64,000 bases of DNA from the sequence record NC_019405.1; one strand, written 5' to 3'. Made by a program: the position numbers and the translations under genes. Below are positions 53,173 through 62,700 of this stretch, one piece after another. Within the stretch, counting starts at the first letter, position 1; each line of letters begins with the position of its first letter. Under the pieces are notes generated by a model. It worked only from the letters and a program-made list of their open reading frames with translations. It searched no databases and was not told the origin of the DNA.

Positions 53173-53589
53173 ATGTCGCAAGACCACAACGGCTCGTCCT
53201 CGGGCCAAGAACGCATCTACCAGAAACTGGATGAGCTTGGCTCCATGCACGCGCGCACCCGTGAAGATATTGCCCGCATCCAGGAGATGATGCGAGCCGT
53301 CGGTTCGTCGCAGGAGCGGATCGAAAAGCGCCAGGACCATTTCGAGCGCGAAATCTGGCGTGAGATGGAAGACCGCGCCGCGCGCACGAGCGCCCAACTC
53401 GACGAAATCAAGAGCCACACCAACCTGCGCATCGAGGAGATCGAGGCCAAGGTCGACACGATCCGCGAGGAGCGGATCGCCGAAAAGGCCCAGTGGCGCG
53501 GCCCCGAGAAGGCCATCGCCGCCCTGGTCGCCGTCGCCGGGGCCATCGCCGCCTTCGCCACCATCCTCACTTTCCTGAAGGGACACTAG
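53173..53589 (+). CDS. Coiled-coil protein with C-terminal TM helix (138 aa), possible holin-like
   Basis: GAGAG RBS; after GANTC promoter at 53089. Confidence 0.8.
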   Translation: MSQDHNGSSSGQERIYQKLDELGSMHARTREDIARIQEMMRAVGSSQERIEKRQDHFEREIWREMEDRAARTSAQLDEIKSHTNLRIEEIEAKVDTIREERIAEKAQWRGPEKAIAALVAVAGAIAAFATILTFLKGH

Positions 53590-53696
53590 GATTTATAGTC
53601 AAGCTTGGGTGCCTGCGGCCAGAAGTCGCGCTTCTTGACACCCGATCTGGGCCGGCATAACCATAGGGCCATCATTCCTGGGTGGAGTTTTCCCTA

Positions 53697-53903
53697 ATGG
53701 CTGTCGCGCTTACTGTCGTCTCGGTTGAGACCGAATCTACCATCCAAGGTGTTGACCCCGACGCGGCGCATGTCCGCCTGATCGAGGTCCTGCATACCGC
53801 CGCAGAAGCGGGTCTTGGGGAAATGACGTTGGAAGTCAAAGCGGAGATCGCGGCGCTGCTCCAGCAGGCGTCCGTGGAACTCTCCCACTGCCGGCCGGTG
53901 TAG
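53697..53903 (+). CDS. Hypothetical protein (68 aa)
   Basis: GGAG RBS; TTGACA promoter at 53635. Confidence 0.65.
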   Translation: MAVALTVVSVETESTIQGVDPDAAHVRLIEVLHTAAEAGLGEMTLEVKAEIAALLQQASVELSHCRPV

Positions 53904-53937
53904 GGGTCCCGTAAATCGCCATCCCAGAGGGAGCGAC

Positions 53938-54804
53938 GTGTCCGAGTCTGCTGAGTTCAACCCGCTCGACCAAAATCAGTTCCCTCCTCGCCTCACCAAG
54001 GCTGCTGCGCGACAGGCGCGGCGCCAGGAGCGCAGCCAGAAAAAGGACCCCACGGCCAACAAGCCGAACTACAAGGCGCTCGAAGCCAAGACCGAACGCC
54101 AACGGCGCTATATCCAGGCCCTCAAGGCCGGTGAAAGCGTCATCGCTATTGGTGGGGCCGGCACGGGGAAGACCTATATCCCGTCCCGGCTCTTCGCCAA
54201 GAAGCTGATCGAAGCGAAGATCGAACGCCTGATCATCGCCCGCGTCACCGCCTCGCGCCCCAAGCACGCCCTGGGCTTCCTGCCCGGCAAGCTGGAAGCC
54301 AAACTCGCCCCGTGGCTCGTCCCGGTGATCGAGGGCGTCAAGGCCGAGATGAACGCCCAGACCTACACCCAGTTGCAGGAAGCCGGCAAGATCGAGTTCG
54401 CCTCGTTCGAGCATATGCGGGGCCGGACCTTCGCCGAGTGCTGCGTCCTCCTCGACGAGGCGCAGAACGCCGACTACAAGGACCTGAAGATGGTCCTGAC
54501 CCGCTGGGGCGAGAACGCCCAATACGCGGTCACCGGCGACGTCGACCAGATCGACGTCGACGATTCGGGCCTGGAGACGGTCGTCGACATCGTCGAGACC
54601 CACGACATCCCGATCCACGTGATCGAGTTCACCGACGAGGATGTCGTCCGCTCGCCCATGGCCAAGGCCTGGGTCAAGGCGTTCTCCGCCCACGAGGGCA
54701 AGGACGGACGGACGCGGCGCTTCCATCGCCCCACTGTCAGGAATCTTGACGTCTTGCCGGCTTTTATCGATAATGGCCGAGTCACGAAACCCGTGGCGTC
54801 GTGA
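53938..54804 (+). CDS. phoH: PhoH-like ATPase
   Basis: GGAGTGKT, LGFLPGKLEAK, MRGRTF, LLDEAQN, GDVDQID, DVVRS. Confidence 0.95.
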   Translation: MSESAEFNPLDQNQFPPRLTKAAARQARRQERSQKKDPTANKPNYKALEAKTERQRRYIQALKAGESVIAIGGAGTGKTYIPSRLFAKKLIEAKIERLIIARVTASRPKHALGFLPGKLEAKLAPWLVPVIEGVKAEMNAQTYTQLQEAGKIEFASFEHMRGRTFAECCVLLDEAQNADYKDLKMVLTRWGENAQYAVTGDVDQIDVDDSGLETVVDIVETHDIPIHVIEFTDEDVVRSPMAKAWVKAFSAHEGKDGRTRRFHRPTVRNLDVLPAFIDNGRVTKPVAS

Positions 54805-54821
54805 CAAAGACGTAGCGCACC

Positions 54822-55343
54822 ATGGCCTTCACCTTCGTTGTTGAGACTGGCGCCGGGGACCCGGCCGCGAACTCGTACTGCGACGTGCAGTTCGCGGACG
54901 ACTACATCTACGCCAATGTCTACGCCAACACCGCCTGGGACGCGCTGGATCAGGATGGCAAGGAACGCTTCCTGGTCCGGGCGTCCAAGTACCTCGACCG
55001 CACGATCGCCTGGGCCGGGGAGAAGGTCGACGAGGATTCCGGCCTGCGCTGGCCGCGCGCCGGGGTCTACGACATCGACGGCTTCCTGATCCCCAGCGAC
55101 GCGATCCCGCAGCAACTCATGGAGGCCACCGCCGAGATGGCGGCGGCCCTCATGAACAACGACTGGACCTCGCCGCAGACCACGCGCGGCATGAAGGAAA
55201 TCCAGGTCGACGTCATCGAACTGAAGTTCGACAGCGAAATCCAGCGCGGCTCCATGCCCGACATCGTCATGTCGATCCTCGAAGGTCTGGGGGTCGTCAA
55301 GACCGGCACCCGCCCGGCCTTCAAGAAGATCATTCGCCACTAA
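54822..55343 (+). CDS. Head-tail connector/adaptor (DnaT-like domain family)
   Basis: VETG.G...ANSY..V..AD.Y, L.RAS.YLD, L.WPR, IP..L..A.AE.A. Confidence 0.8.
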   Translation: MAFTFVVETGAGDPAANSYCDVQFADDYIYANVYANTAWDALDQDGKERFLVRASKYLDRTIAWAGEKVDEDSGLRWPRAGVYDIDGFLIPSDAIPQQLMEATAEMAAALMNNDWTSPQTTRGMKEIQVDVIELKFDSEIQRGSMPDIVMSILEGLGVVKTGTRPAFKKIIRH

Positions 55344-55735
55344 TGGCCCTCGAAGCCTTCATCCGTTCCCAGGTCGTCATCGCCTTCAACCAGCTTGACG
55401 ACATCGCCAAGCGCTGGACCTACGTCCAACGCTCGGGCGATCCGGTGCGTGATGTCGAGAGCGGCGTGACCACCTATCCTTCCACCGAGATCGTCATTCC
55501 CAAGGCGGTCAAGGTGCGGTTCAAGAAGGACGAGAAGGACGCCCACGGCCAGACCCTGGTGGGCGAGAAGGTCCTGTTCCCCCGCGTCTTCCTGCCGGGC
55601 GACTTCGAGACCGCGACCTCCGACTACCTCGTCGACCAGAACGACATCATCTGGGAGATCATCAGCGACCTGGGTGACCCGGCCTCGGCGCTGGCGATGT
55701 TCCAGGTCCGCAGCACGCGGAAGAAGACCCCGTGA
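55343..55735 (+). CDS. Head closure / stopper-type protein (130 aa)
   Basis: Position after adaptor; beta-rich. Confidence 0.65.
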   Translation: MALEAFIRSQVVIAFNQLDDIAKRWTYVQRSGDPVRDVESGVTTYPSTEIVIPKAVKVRFKKDEKDAHGQTLVGEKVLFPRVFLPGDFETATSDYLVDQNDIIWEIISDLGDPASALAMFQVRSTRKKTP

Positions 55736-56205
55736 AGTCGGGCGGAGCCAAGCTCAGCTTCTACACCGACGGGAACCTGGAGGCGGCGTTCAAGCGCTTC
55801 TTCGCCACCGCCGAGAAGCGCTATGACGAGCGGGCCGATCGCCTGCTGATCAAGCTGAACGAACTGATCCTGGCCCGCACCCCGGTGTGGGAAGGCGACA
55901 CCATCCACAACTGGCGCTGGTCGACGCGCGCCCCGGACATGCGCCACGAGGCCCCGCTCGACAATGGCGATCCGGGCCGCACGAGCGAGATGGACCTGGG
56001 CCAGGAGCCGCGCCGCCGCGTCAACGAGACGCGCCCCCGCCAGTCGCTGGCCGGCGCTCTGCGCGCCAAGGAGCCGATCGACATCTATCTGACCAACACC
56101 GCCGAGAGCGCGGTCGATCTCGAATACGGCCTGCTCCCGACCAGGGCGCAGAGCCGAAACAAGATGGGGATGGTCCGAATCTCGATTAAAGAGGTGTTCG
56201 GATGA
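55732..56205 (+). CDS. Neck/tail completion protein (HK97 gp10-like position, 157 aa)
   Basis: RTPVW.G...NW, Y.TN..E...LEYG. Confidence 0.7.
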   Translation: MKSGGAKLSFYTDGNLEAAFKRFFATAEKRYDERADRLLIKLNELILARTPVWEGDTIHNWRWSTRAPDMRHEAPLDNGDPGRTSEMDLGQEPRRRVNETRPRQSLAGALRAKEPIDIYLTNTAESAVDLEYGLLPTRAQSRNKMGMVRISIKEVFG

Positions 56206-56276
56206 TCCCCGCCTTCATCATCCTGCCGCGCGTCTATCTCGCCGCGTGGCTGTCGTTTTGGCTGGGAGAGGACTGA
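56202..56276 (+). CDS. Coupled 24-aa hydrophobic peptide (MIPAFIILPRVYLAAWLSFWLGED)
   Basis: ATGA overlap upstream and TGATG overlap downstream. Confidence 0.55.
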   Translation: MIPAFIILPRVYLAAWLSFWLGED

Positions 56277-56731
56277 TGCTCGAACACGACATGCTCCGGC
56301 AAGTCCTGGAGCAGCAGGCCGTCGCCGCTGCCCCGACGATCGGGCTGAAGCTGAACTTCGACAACTCCGAATTCGTCCAGCCCAAGGACGGTGCGCACTG
56401 GGCTGAGTTCTGGGTCCAGACGGGCAACACCGTGCCCTGCGAGGTCGCTGGCCCGCGCGGCTACGAAAAGACCTCGGGCCTGATCCAGTTCACGCTCAAG
56501 GCCCCTGAGGAAGAAGGCAACGGCGCGATCCTCAAGAAGGCCGGCGCGCTCAAGAAGGTCTTCAACCGCCGCCAATGGGTCGTGCCGCCGGACGGCTATG
56601 TCACTCTCGACCCGATCTCGGTCCAGTCGCACGGCAAGCCGATCGACGGCTTCTATAATGTCGTGGTCTGGGCGACCCTCTGGTTCCACCACCGCGATCC
56701 CGACGCCGACGATCGCTGGATTCGCGGTTGA
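56276..56731 (+). CDS. Tail terminator protein (DUF4128-like, 151 aa)
   Basis: FDN..F..P....W, G..Q......G.G pattern; precedes the tube gene. Confidence 0.75.
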   Translation: MLEHDMLRQVLEQQAVAAAPTIGLKLNFDNSEFVQPKDGAHWAEFWVQTGNTVPCEVAGPRGYEKTSGLIQFTLKAPEEEGNGAILKKAGALKKVFNRRQWVVPPDGYVTLDPISVQSHGKPIDGFYNVVVWATLWFHHRDPDADDRWIRG

Positions 56732-56874
56732 CCGCGTCTTTCACACCGGCTAAGGTCGTGAATCTTGACATTTCCCAAAGTCTAGGGTAGGGTCACCACA
56801 CTTGCGATGCAGGGCCGGGTCGGCACGCTCGCTGACCCCCTTTTGTCACAAAACCGTGGATTGGTGACCTGCCC

Positions 56875-58707
56875 ATGGCTGCATCGTTCTTCGCCGACTC
56901 CAACCGCGCGCGGATGCGCTACATCAAGGAGAACAACGTTGTCTGGGGCGTGACCCCCGCCAGCGGCGTCTCCCGTGAACTGCGGTACACCGGCTCCACC
57001 GTCAACGCCCAGAAGGACACGACCCTCTCGGAAGAAATCCGTGCTGACCGCATGGTGTCCGAGATCGTCGAAGTCGCCGCGCGCACGACGGGCGAAATCA
57101 ACATCGAATTCTCGGCCGGCTCGCACGACGACCTGCTGGAAGCTTTCATGTACGGCGCCTGGACGCGCCCGATGACCTTCGACTCGGTCCAAGGCGTCTC
57201 GCTCGAATGGGCTGACACCGACACCCTGTACGTCAAGGGCAAGAACGTCACGCCCTACTTCTTCGCCGGCCGTCGCGTCCGCACCCAGGGCTTCGTCAAC
57301 GTCGCCAACAACGGCTACTGGCAGATCGCCACGATCACCTTCAACGCCGGCGCCAACCGCACCGAAATCAACATGTCGACGTCGACCGCTGTCGCTGAGC
57401 GCGGCACGGCCTACTCGGCGCTCTACGACGCCAACGACGTCATCGTCCTGAACAACACCGCCATCCGCGCCGGCACCGCCGGCGAGGCGGCGTTCGACTC
57501 CAACGGCACCAACGCTTTCGCTGCGGCGATCGCGGCGGGCCAACTGTCGGTCGGTCAGAAGATTTTCGTCGAAGGCCTGGGCTTCGAGACCGGTACGGTC
57601 GTCCTGGCTGGTCTGCCGACCGCCGGCGCTCGCGTCCAGGTCAGCGATGGCGTCAAGACGGTTCCCTTCCAGTTCGGCGGTTCGGCGGCTCAGCCGACCG
57701 TGGTCGTCGCCCTCGGCGCCGACGAGACGGAGACCGCTCAGAATCTCGCCGATGCGATCAACAAGCTGCGCGTGCGCAAGCAACTGGAAGTCGGGGCCTC
57801 GGCCGCGACCGGCACCGTCACCCTGCGCAACCTGCTGGTCACCGGCGGCTCGATCATCGAGACCGTGGCCGACGCCAACGTCACCGTGACCAACTTCTCG
57901 GGCGGCGACGCCTCGCTGCGCGGCGTGTTCACGATCGAAGCGCTGACCGACGACAAGATCACGGTCAACCCCGCGCCCGCGACCCTGGATAACTCGACCA
58001 TCAAGGTCAACATCAAGGGCTCGATGCTCCGCAACCCGTTCGACCCGGACGTGATCACGGCGCAGTCGTTCACCTTCGAGACCGGCTTCGAGGATGTCGA
58101 CCAATACTATCTCGCCGACGGCATGCGGATCGGCACGATCGCGCTGAACATCGCCGCCAACTCGATCCTGACGGGCTCGTTCGGTCTGCAAGGCCGCGCC
58201 TCGACCCGCCAGAACACCTCCAAGCTCGGCGAAGCGCCCTACACCGCGCTCCAGACGACCGCGACGCCCGTGGCCAACGCCACCGTCAACGTCGGCAAGA
58301 TCGCCATGAACGGCGAAGAACTGTCGACCGCCGTGCAGTCGATCGCCATCAACGGCACGAACAACCTGCGTGACCAGATGGCCGTGGGCTACAAGTTCCC
58401 CGCCGGCATCGGCGCGGGCCGCATGGAAATCTCCGGCTCGCTGGTCGCCTACTTCGCCGACGGCAACCTGTGGGACAAGTTCATCAACCACGAGACCGTC
58501 TCGGTGAGCTTCCCGCTGACCGACGTGCTGGGCAACCACTACGAGTTCACGATCCCGGCGGCGAACTTCTCGACCGACACCGTGAACCCGGCCGGCGGCA
58601 ACCAGGACATCATGGAGAACCTGGAATACACCGCCAAGCGCGACCCGGTCACCGACTGCCAGTTCCAGATCGACCGCTACTCCTCGATCTTCGCGAACAC
58701 GAACTAA
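56875..58707 (+). CDS. Major tail tube protein (610 aa)
   Basis: SNRA...YIKE, S.EIR.DR.V..., NNLR...AVG, G..EISGS...YF.D; inserted accessory domains. Confidence 0.88.
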   Translation: MAASFFADSNRARMRYIKENNVVWGVTPASGVSRELRYTGSTVNAQKDTTLSEEIRADRMVSEIVEVAARTTGEINIEFSAGSHDDLLEAFMYGAWTRPMTFDSVQGVSLEWADTDTLYVKGKNVTPYFFAGRRVRTQGFVNVANNGYWQIATITFNAGANRTEINMSTSTAVAERGTAYSALYDANDVIVLNNTAIRAGTAGEAAFDSNGTNAFAAAIAAGQLSVGQKIFVEGLGFETGTVVLAGLPTAGARVQVSDGVKTVPFQFGGSAAQPTVVVALGADETETAQNLADAINKLRVRKQLEVGASAATGTVTLRNLLVTGGSIIETVADANVTVTNFSGGDASLRGVFTIEALTDDKITVNPAPATLDNSTIKVNIKGSMLRNPFDPDVITAQSFTFETGFEDVDQYYLADGMRIGTIALNIAANSILTGSFGLQGRASTRQNTSKLGEAPYTALQTTATPVANATVNVGKIAMNGEELSTAVQSIAINGTNNLRDQMAVGYKFPAGIGAGRMEISGSLVAYFADGNLWDKFINHETVSVSFPLTDVLGNHYEFTIPAANFSTDTVNPAGGNQDIMENLEYTAKRDPVTDCQFQIDRYSSIFANTN

Positions 58708-58857
58708 GGGCTTAGTCACGATTCCCCCGAATCGTGACAGCCCCACCCGCTTCCCCCGATAGACCAAAGTCCCCAGGACAGAAGTCTCAGCGCTGAGCAG
58801 GGCCGCCCGGAAATCGGGGCCGGGCGGCCCACCCTCCCCGATACGGAATCCCCGAAC

Positions 58858-59286
58858 ATGACCGACAAGATCAAGATCGACATGCTGGACCTCTTCTCGA
58901 CCGATCGCGAGTCGGAAGAAGCGGGCGTCTGGATTTACCTGGACGAGGCCGAGCAGACCGGTTTCAAGATTCGCGCCCTGGGCGCCAAGGCGGTCCTCGA
59001 CCTGCGCGAGGAACTGACCAAGAAGTACCAGTCTCTGATCCGCGCGGGCGGCAAGCTCCCGGACGAGAAGGTCGAGGAAATCAACCTGAAGGTCATCGCC
59101 GGCGGCGTGCTGGCGGACTGGAAGGGCATCATCGTCGGCGGCGAGGAAATCCCCTACAGCGCCGAGGCGGCCTATACGGTCCTGAGCAACCCGAAGCTGG
59201 GCAAGATGTCCGCCTTCATCGCCCAGCACTCGATGGACGCCCAGAACTATCGCGACGACGCCCGTGAGGACGCCGCAAAAAACTAA
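58858..59286 (+). CDS. Tail assembly chaperone (142 aa)
   Basis: F.TD...EE.GVW, A..VL.DWKG; ends at slippery A AAA AAC TAA. Confidence 0.85.
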   Translation: MTDKIKIDMLDLFSTDRESEEAGVWIYLDEAEQTGFKIRALGAKAVLDLREELTKKYQSLIRAGGKLPDEKVEEINLKVIAGGVLADWKGIIVGGEEIPYSAEAAYTVLSNPKLGKMSAFIAQHSMDAQNYRDDAREDAAKN

Positions 59287-59753
59287 CGGCGGCTCTGGAG
59301 TTCACGCTCAGCCAGAAGCACGGGGGCAGCGGGCGCGTCAAGTCGGCGGCCCGCGCCCCCAATGCCGAATCGCCTGACGACTGGCTGGCGCGGATCAAGG
59401 CTCAGAACTCCGGCCCTCCGCCGAGCGCGGACGACGAGTTCGACCTGAACGCAGAGCCGAAGGGGATTGAGCCCTATCCGGACCTTCTGTGGGTCTGGGA
59501 CGGTTTCTGGCGCCTCTCGAACAAACGCCCCAACGGCATGTCCGGCCCGATGCGGATTCCGACCTCGGAGATCGAGGCCTTCACCCGCATCCGGCGCTGG
59601 GACTACGCCAAGAGCAACGAATTCCTGTTCTACGTCGACATGATGGACGAGGTCTACATGGCCCACGTCGCCAAGGTCCTCGAAGAGCAGGAGCGCCAGC
59701 GAGAAACCGCCGCCAACAAGCCCCCGATCCACAATAAGCGGGGCCGCCGATAG
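58858..59753 (+). CDS. Tail assembly chaperone -1 frameshift extension (G-T type)
   Basis: Heptamer AAAAAAC at 59277-59283; the -1 frame is open to TAG 59751-59753. Confidence 0.85.
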
Positions 59754-59758
59754 GATCA

Positions 59759-62700
59759 ATGGACAGCGAAGCCCTCAAGCTTAAGATCGATTCCTCGCAA
59801 GCGCGTACCGACCTGGACGCGCTTGCGAAGTCCCTCGACCGCGCGTCCAAGGCCGCCGGCGCCATGCAGTCGAACCTCGCCAAGGGGGTCGACAAGTCCA
59901 ACGAGGCCCTGTCGCGCGGGGCCAAGAACATCGAGAAGTTCGCCCGCGTCACGGCGGAACTCTCGAAGGTCAAGCTGTCGGGCGACCCCGCCAAGCAGTT
60001 GACCGAATTCGCCAACGCCGTCTCGGCCGTGGCGCGCGCGCGCGAGATCAGCGCCGCCAAGCTCAATGGCCTGTCGAAGTTCGTCCAGGTCGGCGCGGCT
60101 ATCTCCAAGCTGCGGTTCACCGGCGAGTCCTTCTCGGGCCTGCACGCCCTGACCCAGGCGATGGACGAAGCCGGCCGCGCCCGCGCCGTCAGCGCCGCCA
60201 AGCTCAAGTCGTTCGTCGACTACATGGAAGTCGCCGCGCGCGCCTCGCGCCTGCGCTTCTCCTCCCAGACCTCCGAAGCCCTGAAGTCCCTGGCCAGCGC
60301 CATGGACGCGGTCGCGCGCTCGCGCGTGGTCAGCCCCCAGAAGCTGGCGGCCTTCAAGGAACTCTTTGCCACCCTGGCCACCGCCAAGGGCGTGCCGAAC
60401 GCGGGCGCGATCGCCCGCGACCTCGACACCATCGCCGGGGCCGCCTCGCGCGCCGCCAAGGCCATGGCGGAACTCAAGGGCGCGCGCTCGGGCATGGGCT
60501 CGATGCGGGCCTCGGGCGGAGCCGCCAGCGGGGGCGGCGGGATCGCCTCGGGAGCCTCCTCCAACGTCAAGCGCTTCAACGAGGAAGTCGCCAAGGTCAA
60601 GGGCCACACCGACAACGCCGCCAAGGGCGTCGACGGGCTTGGCAAGGGCCTGGGCCTCCTGACCGGCCGCTTCAACCTCTCCTATCAGGCGGGCACGCTG
60701 TTCTCGGCGCTGTTCTCGTCCTTCACCTTCGGCCAACTGGTCAAGGGCATCTACGACACCACGGTCTCGTTCCAGAAGCTGAACAAGGCCATGCTGTTCG
60801 TCACCGGCACCTATGCCGGCGCGCACAAGGCGACGCAGGACTTCATCGACATCTCGGTGCAACTGGGCGCGTCCGTCGAGGACAACGCCGACGCCTACTC
60901 GCGCTTCGCCATCTCGTCGGCCGCCGCCGGCCTGAAGCTGGCCGACGTCAACAAAATCTACAAGTCCACCCAACTTGCCCTGACCGCCGTCGGCGCCAAT
61001 AGCGAGCAGGTCGGCTACGCCTTCTACGGCCTGTCGCAGGCCATGGCGAAGGGCAAGATTTCGTCCGAAGAGTTCAACCGCCAGATCGGCGAGCAAATCC
61101 CCGGCAACGCCCAGGCGGGCGCACGCGCCCTGTCCAAGCTGACCGGGCAGCAGAAGTCGGTCGCCGATCTCTTCGACGAGATGCGCAAGGGCACGCTCCA
61201 GTCGGCGCCGTTCCTGAAGGCCTGGGCCGACGAGATCAACCGCATGTTCGCCCCGCTGCTGCCGGAGGCCGAAAAGCGCCCTGACTTCCAACTGAACAAG
61301 CTCAAGACCGCCTTCTCGCTGTGGAAGAAGGAAGTCGGCCAGTCGCAGTTCATCGGCGCCCTGACCACCCAGTTCAAGAAGCTCTCGGACATGCTGATCG
61401 TGGTCGAGGGTGACCACTATGTCCTGACCGAGCGGGGGCGCAAGCTCGCCGATTCGTTCGGCAAGGGACTGGCCCAGGCCGTCAACATCCTCGGCAACGC
61501 CCTGGCGTGGCTGGCGGACAACCTCGACAAGGTCGTCGCCGTGATCAAGGTGGTTGGCGCCCTGGCGATCGGCAACGAGTTCGCCAAGTGGGGCCGGCAG
61601 GTCGCGGCCTTCGCCGACAACATGCTGGGCGTCAAGCGGGCGATCGAGGAAGTCTCGGCCGCCGAGACCGCCGCCTCGGGCAAGCGCGCGGTGACCTCCA
61701 AGGCTGGGGCGGTCAACGCCGTCTCGACCGTGGCGTCCGACCGCATGGCGATGGCGACCAACCGCACCCGTAACGCGGTGATGGGCGGCACCTTCGTCGC
61801 CAATGCCGTGGCTCCTGCCGTGCGTCAGTCGCCGCAGTTCTCGCAACTCTCCTACCTGACCGGCAACCCGACCTCGCCCACGCGGGGCGCGCCGACGTTC
61901 GGCCGTCGCCAGCCCTATACCGGCACCATGACCTTCGACGCGCGCCCGACGGGCCGGGCCGGAGGCATGGGCGGCCTGTTCGCCGCCATGGGCTCGGGCG
62001 CGGCGACCGCCGCCACCGGAGCCTTCACGGGCCTGCGCAAGGCGCTCAACGTCCTGCCCGGCGTCGCCCTGGCGGGGGCCGTCGCCCTGGCGATCTTCGG
62101 CAACAGCATCACCAAGCTGAACGACAAGGCCGTCTCGTACAACAACATCGCCGCCGGCGCCCTGGGCACGGTGGGCGACGAGATCGGCAACGGCATGACC
62201 GGGCTGATCAACGGCATCCGGGGCCTGTTCGGCGCCCAGCAGAAGGCCCAGGGCACCGGCGACTGGCTGGTGGACCTCTCGGCGACGCTGATCGTCTTCG
62301 GCAAGGCCATCTTCACCCTGGCGACCACGCTCGGTAAAATCCTCGGTACGCTGATGGCCAATGTCATCATCCCGTGGATCGAATTGGGTCAGAAGCTGGC
62401 GTCGGGCGATCTGAAGGGCGCGGCGGCCAAGTCCGGTGAAGTCCTCATGGGTCAACTGGGCAAGGGTAACCGCGAGCGCTGGGCCGAACTGGGCAAGGAA
62501 CTGGGCAAGGACTGGGGCAAGGCCCTGGACTACGCGGGCACGCGCCAATCGATCGTCAATGGCGCCCTGAAGTCGGCGGCCGGCGACAGCGCCGCCCAGC
62601 AGGGGGCCAACGCCGCCGAGAAGATGACCGAGGCGGCCCTGGCGCAGATGAAGGCCGCCGACCAGCAGGCCCTCGCCGCCGCCGACCTGAAGGACGCCAC

